NCBI GenBank assembly: GCA_019114245.1
Contig: DXFX01000071.1
Coordinates: 1,681 to 65,680 of the forward strand
Length of the DNA: 64,000 nucleotides
Source: Candidatus Borkfalkia faecipullorum
GTDB lineage: Bacteria > Bacillota > Clostridia > Christensenellales > Borkfalkiaceae
Direction of reading: 5' to 3'
In this document: piece by piece, positions 43,174 to 50,501 of the stretch
Layout: each line of letters starts with the position of its first letter
How positions within the stretch are numbered: the stretch's first letter is position 1
Program-made: the position numbers and the translations under genes
Notes under the pieces: generated by a model
Seen by the model: the letters and a program-made list of their open reading frames with translations, nothing else
The model's database searches: none
Told to the model about the DNA's origin: nothing

Positions 43174-43398
43174 TGAATATTTCCTCCTGTTCGCCGCGGC
43201 GGATATGTATATTTTTTTGCGTCGCGGCGTAAATTAGGGGCAAGACGCGCAGGAGTGTCTGCGCGAAAAGCCTTATACTCATATGTATTCGCCCGCCCGA
43301 AAAAGTGTTCCGCCTGCCATAAAATTCCATTTTTTTGCATAAAATACCGCAATATACGTGCAAAAAAGGGGCGTGAAAAACTTTTCACATTCATTTAC

Positions 43399-43427
43399 TT
43401 GCTTTGCCGCGCTCTTTTTGATATAAT
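43399..43427 (+). promoter_or_regulatory. Promoter TTGCTT-17-(TGa)TATAAT
   Basis: Read directly, about 150 nt upstream of the ECF S-component gene. Confidence 0.65.
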
Positions 43428-43578
43428 AAAAGACCAAAGAAGGCAGTTTTTTTGCCTTTGCGGACACAATTCGCTATGCGATGGATCTGCACCCCGGGCG
43501 GGGCAGAATCCGTTTTATGCGCATAAATACATTTTTTTTCACGGATATTCCCAAAGCGGAAATCCGATGGAGGCATTT

Positions 43579-44256
43579 ATGAAAAAAAGCAAGTTCTTTT
43601 CGGCAAGGAACATCGCTTATCTTGCGGTGCTTCTCGCGCTGGTCATCGTGCTGCAGCTGATCGGCACACTGATCGGGAATCTGGGCGTCACGGCTCCCAG
43701 CCTCGTACTCATTCCCATCGTGCTGGGCGCGATCCTGCTCGGCCCCGTGGGCGGCGGATTTTTAGGGTTCGCGTTCGGGCTGGTCGTCGTGCTCGCGGGC
43801 GTGTTCGGAATGGATAAATTCACTTTCATTCTGTTCAGCGATCATCCTGTCCTTACCGTTCTCCTTTGCCTTGTCAAGGGAACGGCGGCAGGCGCCGCAG
43901 CGGGGCTCCTCTTCAAGGTTCTGCGCGGAAAAAACGAAAACGTCGCCGTCGTTGTCGCGTCCCTGTCGGCGCCCGTCGTCAATACGGGGCTGTTTATTCT
44001 CGGGGCGCTGCTGATGAGCGATACGCTCAGCGCAAACTTCGTTGCGGACGGGCAGACCGTTCTGTATTTCCTCATCGTCGGCTGCGCAGGGCTGAACTTT
44101 ATCTTTGAATTTATCATCAACGCCGTTGCGTCTCCCGCCATTTATACGGTGGCGCGCATCGTCGGCAGAAAGGTGGGCGCAAGGTCGCCCCGCCCGCAGG
44201 AGAGAGCGGACGAACAGACCGTGCAGGCTCTGCCCCGCAAGGAAACGATAAAATAA
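43579..44256 (+). CDS. ECF-transporter S component (pantothenate-type suggested by coaX linkage)
   Basis: Six hydrophobic segments in about 225 aa. ATG at 43579 after GGAGG. Lies immediately upstream of coaX. Confidence 0.6.
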   Translation: MKKSKFFSARNIAYLAVLLALVIVLQLIGTLIGNLGVTAPSLVLIPIVLGAILLGPVGGGFLGFAFGLVVVLAGVFGMDKFTFILFSDHPVLTVLLCLVKGTAAGAAAGLLFKVLRGKNENVAVVVASLSAPVVNTGLFILGALLMSDTLSANFVADGQTVLYFLIVGCAGLNFIFEFIINAVASPAIYTVARIVGRKVGARSPRPQERADEQTVQALPRKETIK

Positions 44257-44274
44257 GCAAAAGGCGGAACAGCG

Positions 44275-45054
44275 ATGATCCTCTGTATCGACGTCGGAAA
44301 TACAAACATCAAATACGGCCTGTTTGAAGGGGACGTCCTCAAAGTTTCCTTCCGCGGCGCCACCGAACTCAAACGCACCAGCGACGAGTACGGCACCATT
44401 CTGACGAATATGCTCTCCATCCGCGGCATTTTGACGGATGCGATCGACGGAGCCATCATTTCCTCCGTCGTTCCCGCGCTCAATTATACCATTCAGCATA
44501 TGTGCGCCGGCTATCTCGGCGTGGAGCCGCTGATGGTGGGGGCGGGTCTCAAAACGGGTCATAACCTGCGCGTGGACGACGCGCGGGAAGTGGGGGCGGA
44601 CAGGATCGTCAACGACGTCGCCGCCATTCAGAAGTACGGCGCGCCCCTCATCGTCATCGATTTCGGCACGGCGACGACGTTCAACGCCGTCAACGAGCAG
44701 GGCGAGTTCATCGGCGGAGCGGTTGCGCCCGGCATCCGCGGTTCGATGGATTCCCTCGTTTCGGGAACGGCAAAGCTCCCCCGCGTGGAGATTGAAACGC
44801 CCCGCTGCGCTATCGGAAAAAACACGACGACGAATATGCAGTCGGGCATCGTGTTCGGCTTTGCGGGACTGGTGGACTACATCGTCCGCAAAATGAAAAA
44901 AGAGATGAAAAACCCTGACGTGCGCGTCGTCGCGACGGGCGGGTTCAGCGAGATCATCGCAAAGGAGATCTCCTGCATCGATTACGTGGACAAGCTTCTC
45001 ACCCTGCGCGGGCTGAAGCATTTGTACGATTTAAACTCTGTCGGAAAAAACTGA
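44275..45054 (+). CDS. coaX: Type III pantothenate kinase
   Basis: MILCIDVGNTNIKYGLF, IVIDFGTATTF. Confidence 0.92.
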   Translation: MILCIDVGNTNIKYGLFEGDVLKVSFRGATELKRTSDEYGTILTNMLSIRGILTDAIDGAIISSVVPALNYTIQHMCAGYLGVEPLMVGAGLKTGHNLRVDDAREVGADRIVNDVAAIQKYGAPLIVIDFGTATTFNAVNEQGEFIGGAVAPGIRGSMDSLVSGTAKLPRVEIETPRCAIGKNTTTNMQSGIVFGFAGLVDYIVRKMKKEMKNPDVRVVATGGFSEIIAKEISCIDYVDKLLTLRGLKHLYDLNSVGKN

Positions 45055-45122
45055 TTTTTCCGGCAATCGGCACCATGCCGCGCTCTGCGCGGTGACATTA
45101 CGGGACAGGAGGAGGTCATTCA

Positions 45123-46406
45123 ATGAAAACGGTCGGAGTTGCAATTTTAGGTCTCGGGGTAGTGGGCGGAGGAACGTATAAGATCCTCACCGAACACAGG
45201 GAGTTTTACCGCCGCACGCAAAATGTGGACATCTCCGTGGAATGCGTTCTCGAACTCAACCGCCAGCGCGCGCTGGATCTGGGAGTGGAGGAGAGCAGGA
45301 TCTGCAGCAACATTGCGGAAGTGGTCAGCAACCCGAACGTGGACATCGTTGTCGAGGTGATCGGCGGCGTGGAACCTGCCCGTTCCTTTGTCCTTGCGGC
45401 GCTGCACAGCGGAAAATCGGTCGTCACGTCCAACAAGGAACTCTTCTGCAAATACTGGTTTGAACTGGAAAAGGCGGCAAAACGCACCAACGTGGGCCTG
45501 TATTTTGAAGCGAGCTGCGTGGGCGGCGTTCCCATCATCCGCACGCTGATCGACGGGATGCAGGCAAACGTCGTCAACAATCTCACGGGCATCATCAACG
45601 GCACCACAAACTACATCCTCACCCGCATGGCGCGCGAGGGACTGGATTACCGTGAGGCGCTCAAAGACGCGCAGGCGCTCGGCTATGCGGAAAAGGATCC
45701 CACGGCAGACGTGGAAGGGTACGACGCGACGTACAAGCTCTCCATTCTCGCAAGCCTCGCTTTCCATACCAAAGTCCCGCTGGACAAGATCTACCGCGAG
45801 GGGATCACGGACATCTCCAGACAGGACATCGCCTACGGCGAAGAACTCGGTTATGTGCTCAAACTTCTCGCCATCGGCAAAAACGACGGGAAAGGCAACA
45901 TCGAAGTGCGCGTACACCCCGCCTTCATCCGCAAGGATCATCCGCTCGCATCCGTCAGCGACAGCTTCAACGCCGTGTTCCTGAAAGGGGACTGCGTGGG
46001 CGACATCATGCTGTACGGCAGGGGCGCGGGCGCGCTTCCCACGGGCAGCGCCATCGTGTCCGACGTCATCTATGCCGCAACGCACAGCGATCCCAAGTAC
46101 GCCGCGTTCAAAAACACGCAGCAGGCGGAAAAGGGCGTCCGCTTTGTCTCCGATTTCAAGAGCCGCTACTATATCCGCTTTACGGCCAAGGACCGCCCCG
46201 GCGTTCTTGCCAAGGTGGCAGGCATCTTTGCAAAGTACAACATCAGCATCATCGACCTCATCCAGAAGGGCGAGGACATGGAAAATATCCCTATCATTCT
46301 CATCACGCACGAAACGGGCGAACTCTCCGTCCGCCACGCTCTCGAAAAGATCGCCGCGCTGGAAGACGTTGTGGAAGTCAACAGCGTGATCAGGGTAGGT
46401 GACTGA
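45123..46406 (+). CDS. hom: Homoserine dehydrogenase with a C-terminal ACT domain
   Basis: GLGVVGGG Rossmann motif, EASVGGGIPII-like ASCVGGVPII, ACT-like tail. Confidence 0.9.
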   Translation: MKTVGVAILGLGVVGGGTYKILTEHREFYRRTQNVDISVECVLELNRQRALDLGVEESRICSNIAEVVSNPNVDIVVEVIGGVEPARSFVLAALHSGKSVVTSNKELFCKYWFELEKAAKRTNVGLYFEASCVGGVPIIRTLIDGMQANVVNNLTGIINGTTNYILTRMAREGLDYREALKDAQALGYAEKDPTADVEGYDATYKLSILASLAFHTKVPLDKIYREGITDISRQDIAYGEELGYVLKLLAIGKNDGKGNIEVRVHPAFIRKDHPLASVSDSFNAVFLKGDCVGDIMLYGRGAGALPTGSAIVSDVIYAATHSDPKYAAFKNTQQAEKGVRFVSDFKSRYYIRFTAKDRPGVLAKVAGIFAKYNISIIDLIQKGEDMENIPIILITHETGELSVRHALEKIAALEDVVEVNSVIRVGD

Positions 46407-46407
46407 G

Positions 46408-46749
46408 ATGATCGTGCGTGCCGATCTTCCCTACAACGTCACACCGCATTTCAAGGGCGGCGAAGGGGAAGTGCTTCTCAAAGACCTCACGGCGGGCAAA
46501 AAGCCCGCAAATGTGCGTGTGTTCAACGAGATGGTCCTGCGTCAGGGCTGTTCCATCGGGTACCATGCGCACACGGACGATTGCGAGATCATCTACATTC
46601 TCGAAGGGGAAGGGGTGTATCTCGACGGCGATGAAAAAAAGCAGGTTTTCGCGGGCGATACGCTCCTCTGCTATGCGGGGGAAAGCCATTCCCTCAGCAA
46701 CGAGCGGGAACAGCCTTTAAAGTATCTCGCCGTCATCGTACAAAACTGA
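46408..46749 (+). CDS. Cupin-domain protein
   Basis: GYHAHTDDCEIIYILEGEG..GESHSL cupin motifs. Confidence 0.75.
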   Translation: MIVRADLPYNVTPHFKGGEGEVLLKDLTAGKKPANVRVFNEMVLRQGCSIGYHAHTDDCEIIYILEGEGVYLDGDEKKQVFAGDTLLCYAGESHSLSNEREQPLKYLAVIVQN

Positions 46750-46803
46750 ACTTTCGGCGCCGCTCTCTGCGGCGCCGTCGTCATGTCAGACAGGAGGAAT
46801 ATC

Positions 46804-47679
46804 ATGCGTGCAGCCGTACTTGTCAATGCCTATATCCGCGCCGCGGGAATGCTGCGCCAGGCGGAACGCGTTGCGGAAGAACTGCGCCTGCTGGGCGTGG
46901 AAACGGACATCGTAAAAAACGGGACTTTTCTGAGCAATGTCATCAAAAACGAGATAACGTCCCCTCAAAATTACGACTTTGTCGTGTATCTGGACAAGGA
47001 CAAATACCTGCCGCGGATGCTGGAAAAGTGCGGGCTGAGGCTGTTCAACAGCGCGAAGGCGGTAGAGGAGTGCGACGATAAAATGCTCACCTGCATCGCG
47101 CTGGCGGGGGGCGGAGTCAACCTTCCCGACACCCTTCCCGCGCCCCTGTGCTACTATGCGGATGCCCGCGTCCCGCAGGAATTTGTGCGCGGAGTGGGGG
47201 AGCGGCTGGGCTTTCCTCTCATCGCCAAAAAGAGCTTCGGCAGCTGGGGCATGGACGTGCGCCTGATCGCAGACGAGGAGCAGCTCGCCGCCGTCGCGGA
47301 GGAATTCCGCCTGTATCCGCACCTGTATCAGAAGCGGGTGGGAAAACCGGGGGAGGATTACCGTATTCTCGTCGTCGGGAAGAAGGCGATCGCTTGCATG
47401 AAGCGCAAAAACGAAGGGGATTTCCGTTCCAACATCGAGGCGGGCGGAAAGGGGGAAAAGGCTTGCCCTGCCCCTGTCTTCTTTGAAACGGCGGAGAAGT
47501 GCGCGCAAATTCTGGGCCTGGATTACTGCGGCGTGGATCTGCTGGACGAAGGGGGCGTTCCTTACGTGTGCGAAGTCAATTCCAACGCCCTTTTTAACGA
47601 GGCGGAGCGGGTGACGGGCGTCAACGTCGCGGGGGCGTATGCAAGGTACATGGTAAATTGCATAAAAGGGGAGAAGTGA
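46804..47679 (+). CDS. RimK-family ATP-grasp ligase
   Basis: FPLIAKKSFGSWGMDVRL, DFRSNIEAGG, YVCEVNSN. AGGAGG RBS. Confidence 0.8.
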   Translation: MRAAVLVNAYIRAAGMLRQAERVAEELRLLGVETDIVKNGTFLSNVIKNEITSPQNYDFVVYLDKDKYLPRMLEKCGLRLFNSAKAVEECDDKMLTCIALAGGGVNLPDTLPAPLCYYADARVPQEFVRGVGERLGFPLIAKKSFGSWGMDVRLIADEEQLAAVAEEFRLYPHLYQKRVGKPGEDYRILVVGKKAIACMKRKNEGDFRSNIEAGGKGEKACPAPVFFETAEKCAQILGLDYCGVDLLDEGGVPYVCEVNSNALFNEAERVTGVNVAGAYARYMVNCIKGEK

Positions 47680-47726
47680 GCGGATAAACGCAAAAAATAT
47701 TTGAATAAAACGAATAAAAATGTAAA

Positions 47727-47763
47727 ACGCACCGCGAAAAGCTTGCCTTTTTTCGCGGTGCGT
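47727..47763. terminator. 14-bp perfect hairpin after the rimK-like gene (no strong T tail)
   Basis: acgcaccgcgaaaa/ttttcgcggtgcgt. Confidence 0.45.
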
Positions 47764-47872
47764 GATATGATAAACACACTTCACCGCGCACGCGCGCGGG
47801 ATTTTTGTATGCTATCTGTTCCCCGACTATGGTTTCGGCGGATGAGGATAAATTTATTTTTGAGGTACTGAA

Positions 47873-48754
47873 ATGAAGAAAGTGCTTTTTGCGGTAGTTT
47901 CCGCACTGTTGGTTGCGGTAATGGCAGTGTCCGCGGTTGCGTGCTCGGGCGGCACCAAGGTAAAAGTGATCGAGATCGATCTTTCCGCGGAAGAATATGG
48001 GATCGCCATCGAAAAGGGCAACACGGAGCTGAAAACGCAGATCGACGAGATCGTCAACGATCTGATCGGGGACGGCGTGGACGTCGACGGGAAAAAGGTC
48101 AAGTTCAACGACATCTATCTTGAAGAGATGGAGGCCTTTGAAAACGGGGAGTTCCTCAGCATCGGCGAAGTGGCTACGGAAAGCACAAACCGCGACAACG
48201 AGCTGGTCGTGGCAACGAACGCAGAATTTGCGCCTTTTGAATACATCAGCGGCGAATCTTTTGGCGGGATCGATATGCAGGTCGCAAAGATCATTGCCGA
48301 CAAAATGGGCAAAACGCTCGTCATCAAGCACATGGCTTTTGAATCGGTGATCGGTTCGATCACGACGGGAATGGCGGACATCGGCATGGCGGCTATGACC
48401 ATCAGCGCCGACCGTCTCGAAGAGGTCGATTTCTCCGTTCCTTATTGCAAAACGGCGCAGCGCATTGCGGTTGCGGCGGACGATACGCGCTTTGACGAAT
48501 GCAAGACGGCGGAGGACGTGAACAATGTCCTGAAAGGGCTGTCCGGGGTCAAAGCAGGCGGCGCTACGGGGCAGACGGGCCTTTATTATCTGCAGGGCAG
48601 CGAAGATTTCGGGTTTGAAGGTTTTGCAAACCTGGAAATACAGCAGTTCACAAAAGTTTCCAATGCGGTACAGGCGTTGGTTTCCGGGAATATCGAAATC
48701 GTCTGCGCGGACAGAGATACGTTGAAGGTCGCGACGGACGGCGTTAACAGATAA
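47873..48754 (+). CDS. Amino-acid ABC transporter substrate-binding lipoprotein
   Basis: Lipobox AVACS. FAPFEY..GGIDMQVAKIIADKMG family 3 SBP pattern. Confidence 0.85.
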   Translation: MKKVLFAVVSALLVAVMAVSAVACSGGTKVKVIEIDLSAEEYGIAIEKGNTELKTQIDEIVNDLIGDGVDVDGKKVKFNDIYLEEMEAFENGEFLSIGEVATESTNRDNELVVATNAEFAPFEYISGESFGGIDMQVAKIIADKMGKTLVIKHMAFESVIGSITTGMADIGMAAMTISADRLEEVDFSVPYCKTAQRIAVAADDTRFDECKTAEDVNNVLKGLSGVKAGGATGQTGLYYLQGSEDFGFEGFANLEIQQFTKVSNAVQALVSGNIEIVCADRDTLKVATDGVNR

Positions 48755-48762
48755 CAAAAAAG

Positions 48763-49452
48763 ATGCGTAAGATCGAGATGTTTTTAAGGTATTTTATAGA
48801 CTACGGCGGCTATAAAACGGCGCTGACGGGTCTGAAAAATTCCTTAATCATTGCTATATTCGGGCTGATCATAGGGATAGTGCTCGGTTCTGTCGTGGCG
48901 GCGATCAAGGTCGCGGGTGCGCGCAACAGGGTTGCCAAAATCATTTCCTATGTCGGGGACGTATATACCAGCATCTTCCGCGGCACGCCTATCGTGGTCC
49001 AGCTGATGATCTTCTATTTTATCGTTTTCAACGGGGTTCCGATGAGCGATCTTATGAAAGTGGTCATCGTGTTCGGGCTGAACAGCGGCGCCTATGTTGC
49101 GGAGATCATGCGCGGCGGCATTTTGTCCGTCGACGCGGGGCAAATGGAAGCGGGAAGGACTTTGGGGCTTTCCTACACGGCCACGATGATCAAGATCGTC
49201 ATCCCGCAGGCTGTAAAAAACGTGATACCTACATTGGGCAACGAGCTGATCGCACTGACCAAAGATACGTCTGTGGCAGGTTATGTCGCGACGATGGATC
49301 TGAACGCCGCTTTTTCGGCGATCGCAGGTGCGACATACGATGTGATCATTCCTTATCTCATGCTCGCGCTGATCTATTTCCTGATCGTATTGCTGCTCAC
49401 GTTCCTGATTCGGTTTGTGGAAAGGAGGATGCGCAAGAGTGAAAGACGATAA
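48763..49452 (+). CDS. Amino-acid ABC transporter permease
   Basis: His/Glu/Gln/Arg-type permease signature [15 protein letters not shown] and EAGRTLGLS. Confidence 0.88.
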   Translation: MRKIEMFLRYFIDYGGYKTALTGLKNSLIIAIFGLIIGIVLGSVVAAIKVAGARNRVAKIISYVGDVYTSIFRGTPIVVQLMIFYFIVFNGVPMSDLMKVVIVFGLNSGAYVAEIMRGGILSVDAGQMEAGRTLGLSYTATMIKIVIPQAVKNVIPTLGNELIALTKDTSVAGYVATMDLNAAFSAIAGATYDVIIPYLMLALIYFLIVLLLTFLIRFVERRMRKSERR

Positions 49453-50347
49453 GAAACGTTCTCCGAAATTTGCAAAGACGGAAAAGACGCCTGTGGAGCC
49501 GTGCGATCCCGAAGCGCTCATCGAGGTGCAACATCTCACCAAAAAATACGGCGATCTTCTCGTTCTCAACGACGTCAGCGAAAAGATCATGCAGGGCGAA
49601 AAGGTGGCCATCATCGGGCCTTCGGGCAGCGGAAAGAGTACCTTTTTGCGCTGTCTGAACGTTCTGGAAGATCCCACGGACGGCTACGTCTTTTTTGAGG
49701 GCAACAACCTGTGCGATCTGCGCGTGGACATCAATCTGCAGCGCCGCCGCATGGGCATGGTGTTCCAGCAGTTCAACCTGTTCAACAACATGAACGTGCT
49801 CAAAAACATCACGCTCGCGCCCGTTCACGTGGCGTTGCAGGATCTGCGCAAGACGCGTCGCAAAAACTTTTTCACGCGCATTGCCAACGTGTTCCGTTCC
49901 AAAGAGAAGAAAAAGCCCCTCGTTCCCTTGCAGACAAGCAAAAAACAGATCGTCGCGGACGCGGAGCAAAACGCCATGCGGCTGTTGGGCAGGATAGGGC
50001 TTGCGGACAAGGCGAAGGTGTATCCTTCCACCCTTTCGGGCGGACAGCGCCAGCGCATCGCCATCGTCCGCGCGCTCGCCATGAACCCCAAAGTGATGCT
50101 GTTTGACGAGCCGACCAGCGCACTCGATCCTGAAATGGTGGGGGAGGTGCTCGAACTCATCAAGGAACTCGCCGACGAGGGGATGACCATGGTCATCGTC
50201 ACGCACGAAATGGGCTTTGCCCGCGAGGTCGCCACCCGCGTCTTTTTCATGGACGGCGGCAAGATCCGCGAACAGGGCGGCCCCGAACAGATCTTCGGCG
50301 CGCCGCAGGACGAGCGTCTCAAAGAATTTTTATCCAAAGTATTGTAA
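49439..50347 (+). CDS. Amino-acid ABC transporter ATP-binding protein with a basic internal insert
   Basis: [27 protein letters not shown]. The start is ambiguous (49415 ATG or 49439 GTG). Confidence 0.88.
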   Translation: MKDDKKRSPKFAKTEKTPVEPCDPEALIEVQHLTKKYGDLLVLNDVSEKIMQGEKVAIIGPSGSGKSTFLRCLNVLEDPTDGYVFFEGNNLCDLRVDINLQRRRMGMVFQQFNLFNNMNVLKNITLAPVHVALQDLRKTRRKNFFTRIANVFRSKEKKKPLVPLQTSKKQIVADAEQNAMRLLGRIGLADKAKVYPSTLSGGQRQRIAIVRALAMNPKVMLFDEPTSALDPEMVGEVLELIKELADEGMTMVIVTHEMGFAREVATRVFFMDGGKIREQGGPEQIFGAPQDERLKEFLSKVL

Positions 50348-50354
50348 CAATCAA

Positions 50355-50382
50355 AGCTCAGACAAAGTCTGGGCTTTTTTTT
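50355..50382 (+). terminator. Rho-independent terminator
   Basis: agctcagac/gtctgggct stem followed by tttttttt. Confidence 0.85.
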
Positions 50383-50405
50383 GCCCATAAATTCTGCTGT
50401 AAATA

Positions 50406-50434
50406 TTGCAATCTGGTTTTTTATATGATATAAT
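50406..50434 (+). promoter_or_regulatory. Promoter TTGCAA-17-(TGa)TATAAT dedicated to the TIR-HD gene
   Basis: Read directly. GAGGTG RBS precedes the ATG at 50502. Confidence 0.65.
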
Positions 50435-50501
50435 AAAATCTGCGGCGAAGGGAGGAAAAGTCTCTCTTTTTTCAAAATCGGCGCAGACAGTGAGGTGAAA
50501 T

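Noticed and set aside
43255-43578. 108-aa N-terminal extension of the ECF S-component ORF
   Set aside because: The extension spans the promoter and structured leader and is not membrane-protein-like. The ATG at 43579 has a GGAGG RBS and begins a typical S-component N-terminus.
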